Origin: Kiritimatiellia bacterium
GTDB taxonomy: Bacteria > Verrucomicrobiota > Kiritimatiellia > SLAD01
Assembly (NCBI GenBank): GCA_007126515.1
Contig: SLBD01000004.1
Location: 1 to 60,543, forward strand
Direction of reading: 5' to 3'
Length of the DNA stretch: 60,543 nucleotides
Shown here: piece by piece, positions 39,513 to 49,239 of the stretch
How the letters are laid out: each line of letters begins with the position of its first letter
Position numbering within the stretch: position 1 is the stretch's first letter
Program-made: the position numbers and the translations under genes
The notes under the pieces: model-generated
Told to the model about the DNA's origin: nothing
What the model saw: only the letters and a program-made list of their open reading frames with translations
The model's database searches: none

Positions 39513-41030
39513 ATGAAGAATGTCGACCAGAATTCATTTCTCGCCGGGGCCGCAGATGCGGTCATTGAAGCCTGCTTCCCCGCATCCGCCCTGTATCGGC
39601 AGTTCCCGCTGTTGCCAATGCACACCCTGCGCGAGTCGGCGACCCGACGCAAATTATTCCCCTACTCGGAGCGTCACCTCCATTGCGTCTGGCAAGATCC
39701 CGGCCTGCGTCCCGGTCAACTTCGTACTCGCAGCGGAGAACCGGTTATCGTCGAACACCCAGGCATCTGGAATCACGAAGCCGGCCCCGACTTTCTGGGC
39801 GCCGTCATCCGCATCGGTCCCGACCAACGCCGAATCGCCGGCGATGTCGAAATCCACATCCATCCCGCCGACTGGAACGCCCACGGCCACGCCCAAGATC
39901 CCCGATATCAAAACGTCCGATTTCATGTCACCTATTTCCCCGGCGCCGAAAGCGACCTCAACCGCGTCCCTGGCGCCGAGCAGATCATCCTCAAAGATAC
40001 CTTGACCGCCAACCCTGGATTTTCTTTCGACTCCATCGATTTGACCGCCTATCCCTATGCCGCCAGAGCCGACCATCCCCCCTGTTCACTGGTTCTGCAG
40101 AAATACAGTCATGCCGAGAAAATTGAAGTCCTCCGCGCCGCCGGCGAGGAAAGACTGCGACGCAAAAGCGAGCGTCTTCATCAATCGATCCAAGAGTATG
40201 GCGCCGAACAAGCTCTGTACGCCGAATTGATGGCAGCGCTGGGCTATAAACACAACAAATCCGGCTTTCGCCATCTCGCCAACCAGTTGCCCGTCGAAGA
40301 ATTACGCCAACAAAGCCAATTCCGTCCGCGAACTGCCTACGCCTTGTTGGCCGGTTTGGCCGGATTACTCCCCAACCAACCGCATCCGAATGGATCGACT
40401 GAAACCCAACACTGGATGAGATCGCTTTGGGATCAATGGTGGAGGTTCCGCGAGCGCTACACGCAGCGAGGCCCAGCCCCCTCATGGCAGCTCGCTGGTG
40501 TCCGTCCCGCCAATCATCCCGCCCGCCGCCTCATGGGCGCCGCCTTGTTATTTTGCCATGCTCAGCCCGTCGGTCGACAGGTCAAAGATCTGGCTCGCCG
40601 ACACCCCGATGACTGGGCCGACCGCTGGATTCAACATGTCACCGGCCTGCACGATCCCTACCTGTCCGTGCGCGCCAGCCTCACCGGAGCTCCGCGGCCC
40701 TCTGCACTCGCCTTGATTGGTCCCACCCGCGCCGCCGCCATGGTCACAAACGTACTTATTCCCTTTCTTGCCACCATGGACGGAATGCAGGGGGTCGTCA
40801 ATCGCACACTGGATCGCCTCCCCCGGGAAGCCGACAATGGCATCGTCAAACAAACCGCCTTCTACTTGTTCGGTCGCGACGCCTCCGCCACCCTCTACCG
40901 ATCCGCCGTCACCCGCCAAGGCCTCATCCAAATCTTTAACGATTTCTGCGTCAACGACCGATCTCGCTGTTCCGCCTGTCAGTTTCCCCACGCTTTACAG
41001 ACCTATCTAAGCCAACGCTGTAACCAATAA
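39513..41030 (+). CDS. DUF2851-family protein
   Basis: ERHLHCVWQ...GPDFLGAVIRIG...GDVEIHIHPADWNAHGH...YQNVRFHV matches my recollection of the DUF2851 N-terminal signature. An alternative later start is at 39618. Confidence 0.55.
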   Translation: MKNVDQNSFLAGAADAVIEACFPASALYRQFPLLPMHTLRESATRRKLFPYSERHLHCVWQDPGLRPGQLRTRSGEPVIVEHPGIWNHEAGPDFLGAVIRIGPDQRRIAGDVEIHIHPADWNAHGHAQDPRYQNVRFHVTYFPGAESDLNRVPGAEQIILKDTLTANPGFSFDSIDLTAYPYAARADHPPCSLVLQKYSHAEKIEVLRAAGEERLRRKSERLHQSIQEYGAEQALYAELMAALGYKHNKSGFRHLANQLPVEELRQQSQFRPRTAYALLAGLAGLLPNQPHPNGSTETQHWMRSLWDQWWRFRERYTQRGPAPSWQLAGVRPANHPARRLMGAALLFCHAQPVGRQVKDLARRHPDDWADRWIQHVTGLHDPYLSVRASLTGAPRPSALALIGPTRAAAMVTNVLIPFLATMDGMQGVVNRTLDRLPREADNGIVKQTAFYLFGRDASATLYRSAVTRQGLIQIFNDFCVNDRSRCSACQFPHALQTYLSQRCNQ

Positions 41031-41137
41031 GGAACAACGAAAGTGACGGTAGCCGGGCACAGTGGGCCCGGCAAGAAGCGCCCAACGTGCGCGCCTACAG
41101 ATCGGATATAAAACTATCAATAACGCTGATCAACAAA

Positions 41138-42613
41138 ATGACCGCACCCCAATCCATACCTCCTTCACCCTCTCCCCTCCGCGTGCTCGTCACCGGCGCA
41201 ACCGGCTATGTTGGGGGCCGCCTGTTGCGGCGACTGCTCGATGCCGGCCACACCGTAGTGGCCATGGCTCGACATCCCGAACACATCCGGTTGCGGAATG
41301 ATCAACTGCACCCCACCTACGGCGACGTGCTTGAGTACGATTCACTGGTCACCGCTCTCAGCGACATCGACACCGCCTATTACATGATTCACTCCATGGG
41401 CGCGAAGCGCAACTTTGTCGAACAGGATCGCATCGGTGCCCAAAACTTTGCCCGAGCCGCCCGCGCCTGCGGTGTCAAATGCATCATTTATCTGGGCGGT
41501 CTCGCCAACGAAAACGGCCCCGTCCCCCTCTCCACTCATATGGCCAGCCGCATGGAAGTCGGACGCATTCTGCGCGATTCCGGTGTACCCACCACTGAAT
41601 TCCGCGCCTCCATCGTCATCGGATCCGGCAGCTTATCGTTTGAAATGATCCGCGCCCTCGTCGAGCGTCTGCCCGTCATGATCACTCCCCGCTGGGTATC
41701 CATTCTCGCTCAACCCATCGGTATCGACGACCTCCTTGCGTATTTGATGGCCGGTCTGGAACAGCCCCAGAACGAGCACGCCATCTACGAAATTGGCGGC
41801 AGCGAAACCGTCTCCTACGGTGGTCTCATGCAAGAATATGCCCGACAGCGCGGCGTGCGACGACGCATGCTGCCCGTCCCCGTGTTGACCCCACACCTGT
41901 CCAGCTTATGGCTCGGACTGGTCACCCCCATTTACGCCCGCGTCGGCCGCAAACTCATTTCCAGTCTCCGCAATGCCAGCATCATCACCGATCCCAGCGC
42001 CCAGCGCGACTTCGCCATTCAGCCGTGCGGAGTTGAAGACATGATTCGTTTGGCCCTGCGCAACGAAGACCGCGAATTTGCCGAAACTCGCTGGTCCGAT
42101 GCACTCTCCTCCATGGGCGATACGCAAGGCTGGGGCGGCACGGCATTTGGCTCACGCATCATCGACTCCCGCAGCGTGCAGGTATCCGCATCGCCCGCCG
42201 CCGCGTTTACCCCGATCCGACGTATCGGCGGTCGTAACGGCTGGTACTTCTGTAATTTCATTTGGAAAATCCGCGGCTGGATTGATCTCATTGTCGGCGG
42301 GGCCGGATTGCGCCGGGGCCGCCGTCACCCCGACGAACTCGCGCCTGGTGACAGCCTCGACTGGTGGCGCGTTGAAGCCGTTGAACCCGATCACTTACTG
42401 CGATTACGGGCCGAGATGAAAGTCCCGGGGCGCGCCTGGCTCGAATTCGAAGTGACGCCCGACGAGCGGGGTGGATCGGAAATTCGCCAAACCGCCATTT
42501 TTGATCCCGTCGGCATTTGGGGCCGCATCTACTGGTACAGCCTCTACCCCATCCATCAATTCATCTTCGCCGGCATGCTCCGCTCCATCGCCCAACGCGC
42601 CGCCACCCCTTAA
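41138..42613 (+). CDS. NAD(P)-binding SDR-family protein fused to a DUF2867-like C-terminal domain
   Basis: Rossmann motif is VLVTGATGYVGGRLL. The C-terminal ~150 aa (...WYFCNFIWKIRGWIDLIVGG...WRVEAVEP...LRAEMKVPGRAWLEFEV) are typical of DUF2867. The start is chosen at MTAPQS; the ORF allows 41087. Confidence 0.7.
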   Translation: MTAPQSIPPSPSPLRVLVTGATGYVGGRLLRRLLDAGHTVVAMARHPEHIRLRNDQLHPTYGDVLEYDSLVTALSDIDTAYYMIHSMGAKRNFVEQDRIGAQNFARAARACGVKCIIYLGGLANENGPVPLSTHMASRMEVGRILRDSGVPTTEFRASIVIGSGSLSFEMIRALVERLPVMITPRWVSILAQPIGIDDLLAYLMAGLEQPQNEHAIYEIGGSETVSYGGLMQEYARQRGVRRRMLPVPVLTPHLSSLWLGLVTPIYARVGRKLISSLRNASIITDPSAQRDFAIQPCGVEDMIRLALRNEDREFAETRWSDALSSMGDTQGWGGTAFGSRIIDSRSVQVSASPAAAFTPIRRIGGRNGWYFCNFIWKIRGWIDLIVGGAGLRRGRRHPDELAPGDSLDWWRVEAVEPDHLLRLRAEMKVPGRAWLEFEVTPDERGGSEIRQTAIFDPVGIWGRIYWYSLYPIHQFIFAGMLRSIAQRAATP

Positions 42614-42618
42614 ACCCA

Positions 42619-42636
42619 TTTTCCATTGAATGGAAA
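42619..42636 (-). repeat. solitary copy of the TTCCATT-N-AATGGAA palindrome between convergent stop codons
   Basis: TTTTCCATTGAATGGAAA is the exact reverse complement of the 7-bp-arm unit of the 24.8-kb array. It sits in the 27-bp gap between stops at 42611-13 (+) and 42641-43 (-). Confidence 0.9.
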
Positions 42637-42640
42637 CGGA

Positions 42641-45469
42641 TCACGGATGGCGGGGGACAAAGTGGCGGTCGCCGTGGGGGCCGTCGATGCGAGACACGGG
42701 CGGCCAGTATTTGTTTTCCCGAACGTACGGTAATGGGTACGCGGCTTGTTCTCGTCGATAGGGGTAGTCCCATTCATCACTACACACGGTCGCGGCGGGA
42801 TGAGGCGCGTTCCGCAGCGGATTCGATGTCCGATCCATCTCACCTGATGCGATGGCTTCGATTTCGCCATGAATGGCAATCAAGGCATCACAAAATCGGT
42901 CCAGCTCCTGTTTGGATTCGCTCTCCGTGGGCTCAATCATCATCGTCCCCGGCACGGGCCAGGATACGGTAGGCGCGTGATATCCGTAGTCCATCAAGCG
43001 CTTCGCGACATCTTCCTCGGTGATCCCGGCTCGCTCGCGGAAGGAGCGACAATCAAAAATCAACTCATGCGCCACGCGGCCGGCTGCCCCGGAATACTCG
43101 ACGGCAAAAAACGGCTCGAGGCGATGTTTGATGTAGTTCGCGTTCAAGATGGCGACCCGCGATGCTTGCGTGACTCCTTCCGCGCCCAGCAACCGTACGT
43201 ACGCATACGAAATCAGCAGGATGGAGGCGCTGCCGTAGGGAGAGGCAGAGACGACCTGGCCACCGTCCGTCTCCAGCGGGTGCTGCGGCAGATACGGCGC
43301 CAAATGCTGGCGTACCGCAATCGGCCCCATGCCGGGGCCGCCGCCGCCATGTGGAATCGAAAAGGTTTTATGCAAATTCATATGACAGACATCGGCGCCA
43401 ATCTTGCCCGGTGAGGTCAAACCGACCTGCGCATTCAGGTTGGCACCGTCCATATAGACCTGTCCACCCGCAGCGTGAATCAGTTCGCACATTTCACAAA
43501 TCCGCTCCTCAAAGACACCAAACGTCGATGGGTACGTGATCATCAAGGACGACAAATCGGACCTGTACTGTTCCACTTTGGCGGTGAGATCGTCCCAGTC
43601 AACGCGTCCCTCGTCATTACAATTCACCAGCACAACCTCCATCCCGGCCAGTACAGCGGACGCAGGATTCGTTCCGTGAGCGGAGGTGGGAATCAGGACG
43701 ACATGGCGATGTCCTTCACCGCGAGCCTGATGCCAGGCGCGGATGGCCAACAGCCCTGCGTACTCACCTTGAGCTCCGGAATTGGGCTGCAGCGAAACTT
43801 CATCCAACCCAGTCATGCAACGCAAGTACGCTGTCAGGTCTTCAAGCATCTGATGATATCCCGTGGCCTGATCAATGGGAGCGTACGGATGAATGGACGC
43901 GAATTCGGGCCAGGACACAGCCGTCATTTCAACGGCAGCATTTAGTTTCATCGTGCAGGATCCCAGCGGGATCATGGAAGTGTTCAGTCCAATGTCGCGG
44001 CGTTCCAGTTGTTTGATGTAGCGGATCAACTCCGTTTCGGTGCGGTATTTGTGGAAAACCTCATGCGTCATAAACGGCGAGGTCCGTTGCAAGGCAACCG
44101 GAATGGCCTCCGCGGCCTCTGTTTTCGCGGATTCGCCGCCGGATCCACTGTGCTCTTTGAAGACTGAGACCAAGGCATCGACATCGGAGGCAGAAGTCAT
44201 CTCATGAAATGAAATCCCGATCGCCGATTCTGGATACAGCCTCAGATTCAGACCCGCTTCCCGGGCCGCTTGATGAATCTGGGCGGCTGCAGGTGTGGGG
44301 ATATAGAGCGTGTCAAAGAAGTGTGCCGGGCCAACAATGATGCCGATTCGCGTCAAATGATCCCGTAGCGTCACGGCGTGACTATGGATGGTGGACGCGA
44401 TCTGGCGCAAGCCGTCCGGCCCATGATAGACCGCATACATCGCCGCCATATTCGCCAACAGGGCCTGCGACGTACAGATATTGGACGTGGCTTTCTCGCG
44501 GCGGATGTGCTGCTCACGGGTTTGTAGCGCCAACCGATAAGCAGGGCTGCCGTCGCGAGACACAGACATACCCACGACACGGCCGGGAATTTCCCGTTTC
44601 AATTCGTCCCGGACCGCGAAGAAGGCAGCGTGTGGACCGCCATATCCCATGGGTACGCCCAACCGCTGAGCGCTGCCAAAGACAATGTCAGCGCCCCACT
44701 CGCCCGGCGGCGTGAGCAGGGTCAAGGCGAGTAAGTCAGAGGCAACAGCCACCCGAATCCCGGCCGCATGCGCCATGTCCACGCGCTCTCTCCAGTCATC
44801 GATGCGGCCGTGGTCATCTGGATAGGAAATCAGCCACCCAAACACATTCTCGCCGGCCAGGACGGTATCTGAATCGGATTCCAGCAACTCAATGCCCAAC
44901 GGTTCAGCGCGCGTTCGTAAGACGGCCAGCGTCTGTGGCAGACAAGGTCCCACAACCACAAACTGGTTGCGGTCTCCAGTCGTCGAGCGCTTGCGATTGG
45001 CAATCCGATACAGGAGGGTCATCGCTTCCGCCGCCGCAATCGCTTCGTCGAGGAGGGATGCGTTGGCCACGTCCATGCCGGTCAAATCCGCCACCAGCGT
45101 CTGAAAATTCATCAGTGACTCCAGACGTCCCTGGGCAATTTCAGCTTGATAAGGAGTATAGGGCGTGTACCACGCCGGATTCTCAAAGATATTCCGTTGA
45201 ATCACCGCCGGAGTCAGGCAGTCGTGGTAGCCCATACCTATGTAGGTCTTGAGGCACCGATTTTGTGCGGCCAATTGCCGCATGTGCTGCAAGAATTCGG
45301 CCTCGGACAAGGGGTCTGGCAAGTCCAGCGGATCATGCAGTCGGATGTCCGCCGGCAGCGTTTGCTGCATCAGTTCCTCCAGCGATGCCACCCCCAGATC
45401 GTCCAACATCTGCGCCTGTTCATCGGGATCAGGGCCAATGTGCCTGTGTTGAAATAGATTGTGATTCAT
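42641..45469 (-). CDS. gcvP: glycine dehydrogenase (decarboxylating), single-chain P protein
   Basis: 942 aa. The PLP-lysine region is CHMNLHKTFSIPHGGGGPGMGPIAV. The N-terminal FQHRHIGP start is typical of GcvP. Confidence 0.95.
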   Translation of the reverse strand: MNHNLFQHRHIGPDPDEQAQMLDDLGVASLEELMQQTLPADIRLHDPLDLPDPLSEAEFLQHMRQLAAQNRCLKTYIGMGYHDCLTPAVIQRNIFENPAWYTPYTPYQAEIAQGRLESLMNFQTLVADLTGMDVANASLLDEAIAAAEAMTLLYRIANRKRSTTGDRNQFVVVGPCLPQTLAVLRTRAEPLGIELLESDSDTVLAGENVFGWLISYPDDHGRIDDWRERVDMAHAAGIRVAVASDLLALTLLTPPGEWGADIVFGSAQRLGVPMGYGGPHAAFFAVRDELKREIPGRVVGMSVSRDGSPAYRLALQTREQHIRREKATSNICTSQALLANMAAMYAVYHGPDGLRQIASTIHSHAVTLRDHLTRIGIIVGPAHFFDTLYIPTPAAAQIHQAAREAGLNLRLYPESAIGISFHEMTSASDVDALVSVFKEHSGSGGESAKTEAAEAIPVALQRTSPFMTHEVFHKYRTETELIRYIKQLERRDIGLNTSMIPLGSCTMKLNAAVEMTAVSWPEFASIHPYAPIDQATGYHQMLEDLTAYLRCMTGLDEVSLQPNSGAQGEYAGLLAIRAWHQARGEGHRHVVLIPTSAHGTNPASAVLAGMEVVLVNCNDEGRVDWDDLTAKVEQYRSDLSSLMITYPSTFGVFEERICEMCELIHAAGGQVYMDGANLNAQVGLTSPGKIGADVCHMNLHKTFSIPHGGGGPGMGPIAVRQHLAPYLPQHPLETDGGQVVSASPYGSASILLISYAYVRLLGAEGVTQASRVAILNANYIKHRLEPFFAVEYSGAAGRVAHELIFDCRSFRERAGITEEDVAKRLMDYGYHAPTVSWPVPGTMMIEPTESESKQELDRFCDALIAIHGEIEAIASGEMDRTSNPLRNAPHPAATVCSDEWDYPYRREQAAYPLPYVRENKYWPPVSRIDGPHGDRHFVPRHP

Positions 45470-45482
45470 GACTCTTCCTTAT

Positions 45483-46571
45483 TCAAAATGCAGCTGATAA
45501 GAGAGCGGCCACCTGGTCCGCTCCTCCCCCCGGCAGGGTTTCGGATGGCTCTGGACAGCGCCAGATGGCCTCCAACGCCCCCCGCAGATCTCCTTGGTAC
45601 AATTGTTGGGTCGGCAGATGCTGATATTGAAGGTAGCGCTGAATGGCTGTCTCCAACACCGGGTATTCGCGAAAATCCTCGCGGTCCGCGTAGATCATCG
45701 GCTTCCGATTGGCTACGCATTCCGACACTACACCAAACCCCGGTTTAGTGACGACCACATCAATGCTGGCCAGCACATCTGAAAATGAAATCTGACTACG
45801 ATCTACAGCAAATAAGTTGGCTCCCTCCCACTCCAACGGCTTCACAGTAAAAAACGCATACTCTTGCATCGCTGTCAAATTTGCCACTGCCGCGTCATCC
45901 CATTCCAAGGTGCTAAATGACAGCAGCACCCACGGCAGATCCAGAGGGGCTCCCGTTAATTCTGCCAGTGCTTCGCGCCGCGTTGTTCCCGGAGTTGCCA
46001 GCAGCCCCACCTCTTGTTGCACCGGAAACACCGACATCGGCTCCGCAAACGGCAGGCGGAGCAGCAGATCCGTTTGCGCATAATCTGCAGCAAAGCAATC
46101 CACCACGGTTTGCCAGCGGGGATCCACCGGAACGAATTCCTCGTAGATCCAGCTCCAAGAAAAGTTACCGATGGCATAGCGGGGAATTCCCGCAGCGGCA
46201 GCCGCCGCAATCGGAATGCCGGGAATATCGCAAACAGCCAATCCCACTTCCTCTTTTCGCAAAAACTCCTGCTCACGATTACAGAATTCATCATGCTGAT
46301 CACACAGGTCCAACGCCAATCCTAGCGTTCGATCCACATCCATACGGATCGAATCCAATTGCACCATGCCAATATCCAGCGATCGCGCCACGCGCTTGTA
46401 ATTGAAGTTCGGCATGCGATTACGCAAGAATTCATCGGGCAAATCCGTAACGATCAGCACATCGACATCGGGTCGCAGGGCATGAAACGCCCGCAAGACA
46501 TCGCAGGAGCGTACACCATGTCCGTATCCGTGCGCGGTAATATAATAGGCTAACCTGTTTTTCATGGGCAC
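45483..46571 (-). CDS. GT-B-fold glycosyltransferase-like protein (TIGR00661/MurG-related, function unknown)
   Basis: 362 aa. The N-terminal YYITAHGYGHGVRS motif resembles the GHGxGH motif of the uncharacterised GT28-related family. It stops 13 nt before the gcvP start. Confidence 0.5.
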   Translation of the reverse strand: MPMKNRLAYYITAHGYGHGVRSCDVLRAFHALRPDVDVLIVTDLPDEFLRNRMPNFNYKRVARSLDIGMVQLDSIRMDVDRTLGLALDLCDQHDEFCNREQEFLRKEEVGLAVCDIPGIPIAAAAAAGIPRYAIGNFSWSWIYEEFVPVDPRWQTVVDCFAADYAQTDLLLRLPFAEPMSVFPVQQEVGLLATPGTTRREALAELTGAPLDLPWVLLSFSTLEWDDAAVANLTAMQEYAFFTVKPLEWEGANLFAVDRSQISFSDVLASIDVVVTKPGFGVVSECVANRKPMIYADREDFREYPVLETAIQRYLQYQHLPTQQLYQGDLRGALEAIWRCPEPSETLPGGGADQVAALLSAAF

Positions 46572-46686
46572 GCACCATACCTTTCCCGCAGTGACCGGTA
46601 AAGTTGAACCTATCGAGAGCGTCCCCCCGGATCAAAGATGCACTTCATCGCCACTCCTTATCAAACCTCTCCTTCACTCCTACACT

Positions 46687-46722
46687 CACAGGTCCCACAC
46701 TTCGATAAGTGTGGGACCTGTG
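46687..46722. promoter_or_regulatory. 16-bp perfect inverted repeat with 4-nt loop (operator or RNA hairpin candidate)
   Basis: CACAGGTCCCACACTT-cgat-AAGTGTGGGACCTGTG, read directly. There is no T/U run on either side. It lies in the divergent region between the GT-like gene (start 46571) and purE (start 46810). Confidence 0.75.
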
Positions 46723-46809
46723 GTTCGACCCGATTGACAGACATCCAGGTGCATGACATTCTCCCCGTCATTCGCAGTAGCCACACAATTCATTGTCGTA
46801 AAGGACATC

Positions 46810-47304
46810 ATGATTGCAAAAAAACCGTTGGTCGGCGTTGTGATGGGCAGCAAATCGGACTGGCCCACCATGCAGCTTGCCGTTGAGGAACTGAAAAAAT
46901 TCGGAGTACCCTGCGAGGCGGGAATTGTATCCGCCCACCGCACTCCACGTCGCCTGATCGATTACGCCGCCAAAGCGGAAGACCGCGGCCTCAAAGTCAT
47001 CATTGCCGGAGCCGGTGGCGCCGCTCATCTGCCCGGCATGCTGGCGGCCGAAACCACCCTGCCCGTCCTCGGTGTGCCGATTCAAAGCCGCGCCCTGAAT
47101 GGACTCGACTCCCTGCTCTCGATCGTGCAAATGCCAGCCGGTGTCCCCGTTGGCACTTTAGCGATCGGAGAGGCCGGCGCTCGCAATGCCGCCCTGTTGG
47201 CCATCGCCATCCTGGCCACAAATAACGCTGAATTGGCGCAACGCTTACGTGCCTTCCGCGATTCCCAAACGCAAAAAGTTCTCAAAGAAGAGCTGCCGGA
47301 ATGA
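46810..47304 (+). CDS. purE: N5-carboxyaminoimidazole ribonucleotide mutase
   Basis: Motifs [15 protein letters not shown] and [10 protein letters not shown] are present. The start is set at MIAKKP; the tracked ORF begins at 46753. Confidence 0.9.
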   Translation: MIAKKPLVGVVMGSKSDWPTMQLAVEELKKFGVPCEAGIVSAHRTPRRLIDYAAKAEDRGLKVIIAGAGGAAHLPGMLAAETTLPVLGVPIQSRALNGLDSLLSIVQMPAGVPVGTLAIGEAGARNAALLAIAILATNNAELAQRLRAFRDSQTQKVLKEELPE

Positions 47305-48446
47305 CCCGCCCCCCCCTGCCGCCCAATCACACGCTGGGTGTCTTCGGCGGGGGCCAGCTGGGCCGCATGTTCGCTATGGCAGCCGCCCGACTCGGCTATC
47401 GCGTGGCCGTGTACTCCCCCGAACCCGACTGCCCGGCGGCCCATGTGAGCGCCCAGTTTATTTGCGCCGATTACACGGATGAAGCAGCGGTCCGCCGCTT
47501 TGCCGACTCGGTGGACGCGGTCACCTACGAATTCGAAAACGTGCCCTCCGACACGCTCCGCTGGATCGGGGATCGCGTCCCTGCCCTGCCCCAACCCGAC
47601 ATCCTACACACCTGCCGCCACCGGATTCGCGAAAAAACCTTCCTGCGCGACCACGGGATTCCAGTCACCCCATTCAAATCCGTCACCTCGGCAACCGAGC
47701 TCGAAGCTGCCGCTCAGCGACTCGGCGGAGCTGTCATTGTCAAAACCGTGGAACTGGGTTACGACGGCAAAGGTCAGGTCCGCTTCGACGGCTCCCAACC
47801 GGCCGCCTCTGCCTGGAAAGCTCTTGGCAATCCCGCCACAGCCATCGCCGAAGAAGTCATCGCGCTGGAAAAAGAATATTCCATCCTCGTCGCCCGCGAC
47901 ACCTCAGGCACAACTGTCTTCCACGGTCCTTACGAAAATACCCACCGGAACCACATTCTCGACACCACCGTCTGGCAAGCCAACGATCCATCGCCCATCG
48001 CCAACCAGCTCCGCGAAATTGCGGCAGCCGTGGCTCTGGCCTTCGATTTAACCGGGATGATTTGCGTCGAATGTTTTCTGTCGGCTACCGGGGACTTAAT
48101 GGTCAACGAAATTGCCCCGCGCCCCCACAACTCCGGACACGTGTCCATCGAAGCTGAATCCATCAGCCAGTTCGAGCAGCAGGTCCGAATGACCGCAGGC
48201 TGGCCCGCCGTCGCACCGCACCCGCACGCTCCCGCCGCTGCCATGGTCAATCTGCTTGGCGATCTTTGGGATGATGGCGAACCCGACTGGCAAGCCGTCC
48301 TCGATGATCCACGGGTCCACTTGCATCTCTACGGCAAACAAGCCGCGCGCCCCGGCCGTAAAATGGGCCACATCACCGCCCTCGCCGACACCCCTTCTGC
48401 GGCTCTCCAAGTTGCCCTTGCCGCCCGATCTCGCGTCAGCGGCTAG
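47301..48446 (+). CDS. purK: N5-carboxyaminoimidazole ribonucleotide synthase
   Basis: 381 aa. N-terminal [13 protein letters not shown] and an ATP-grasp body are present. It has an ATGA overlap with purE. Confidence 0.9.
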   Translation: MTRPPLPPNHTLGVFGGGQLGRMFAMAAARLGYRVAVYSPEPDCPAAHVSAQFICADYTDEAAVRRFADSVDAVTYEFENVPSDTLRWIGDRVPALPQPDILHTCRHRIREKTFLRDHGIPVTPFKSVTSATELEAAAQRLGGAVIVKTVELGYDGKGQVRFDGSQPAASAWKALGNPATAIAEEVIALEKEYSILVARDTSGTTVFHGPYENTHRNHILDTTVWQANDPSPIANQLREIAAAVALAFDLTGMICVECFLSATGDLMVNEIAPRPHNSGHVSIEAESISQFEQQVRMTAGWPAVAPHPHAPAAAMVNLLGDLWDDGEPDWQAVLDDPRVHLHLYGKQAARPGRKMGHITALADTPSAALQVALAARSRVSG

Positions 48447-48721
48447 CCGTCAAACACAACGCGCCCGTTGTTCTTGCATTAACCGTTCCGAAATCCAGAG
48501 CTTGATCAGAGATTGACGACTCACGCCGATCATCTTGGAGAAACGCTTCTGAGGATCGAATTCAAAACACATAATGGTATAATAGCTATACCGTTTCGGG
48601 TGTCAAACACCGCTCTGGGGCAAACAGCAATTCTCATTATGACATACGATTCCTGCTCACAACCCGCCCTCGCCGCCCGCAATCGATTGACAAATTGAGC
48701 GAGCGGTGACAGCTTATTATT

Positions 48722-48922
48722 ATGACTACTGTAAAGGAAATAGAAGCTGCTGTGGAGCGCCTATCCGCTCCCAGTCTGGATGAGTTTCGCACGTGGTTTG
48801 CGGAATTTGATGCGGCGTCATGGGATCGCGAGTTTGAACAGGATGCAATCCAAGGAGCTCTGGATGGACTTGCCGATGAGGCGCTTCGTGATTTGGATAA
48901 CGGGCGCTGTACCAAACTATGA
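48722..48922 (+). CDS. putative type II antitoxin (partner of the downstream RelE/ParE-like toxin)
   Basis: 66-aa acidic protein with a 4-nt ATGA overlap with the toxin gene. Its size and order are typical of type II TA modules. The family is not assigned. Confidence 0.5.
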   Translation: MTTVKEIEAAVERLSAPSLDEFRTWFAEFDAASWDREFEQDAIQGALDGLADEALRDLDNGRCTKL

Positions 48923-49179
48923 ATCATTTGGCGCACCCTCGGTTCTGGGATCGATATCACAAATTACCAGAACATGTGCGGTCACTGGCTGATCAGAACT
49001 TTGACCTGTTGAAAGTAAACCCTCGCCATCCTTCGCTGCATCTGAAGAAAGTTGGGCGGCATTGGTCAGTTCGTGTTGGGATACACTACCGCGCCCTCGG
49101 CGTTGACTATCCAGAGGGAATTCTGTGGTACTGGATCGGAACCCACTCCGAATACGATCGCCTAACGAAGTACATCTAG
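48919..49179 (+). CDS. RelE/ParE-superfamily type II toxin
   Basis: 86 aa. The pattern F-W-x-x-Y-x-x-L-P...NPRHPSLHLKKV...WSVRVGIHYRALG...WYWIGTHSEYDRL matches a common RelE/ParE-like toxin family as I recall it. Confidence 0.6.
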   Translation: MNHLAHPRFWDRYHKLPEHVRSLADQNFDLLKVNPRHPSLHLKKVGRHWSVRVGIHYRALGVDYPEGILWYWIGTHSEYDRLTKYI

Positions 49180-49239
49180 CGACTCATCCTGATTGCGAGC
49201 TGGATTTATTCTCGCGGAGACGGTATAGCTGCTTTCTGA

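Noticed and set aside
46572-46809. Glycine riboswitch upstream of the GT-like/gcvP unit, or a PurR box upstream of purE
   Set aside because: I could not find the conserved glycine-aptamer cores or an ACGCAAACGTTTGCGT-like box. Only the 16-bp inverted repeat is present, and it is reported separately.
48450-48586. Minus-strand HTH-like fragment (...FSKMIGVSRQSLIKLWISERL..., 27 aa from the ATG at 48533)
   Set aside because: It is too short, and the longer frame lacks a start codon. It could be a decayed Xre-type antitoxin gene, but this cannot be verified from sequence alone.
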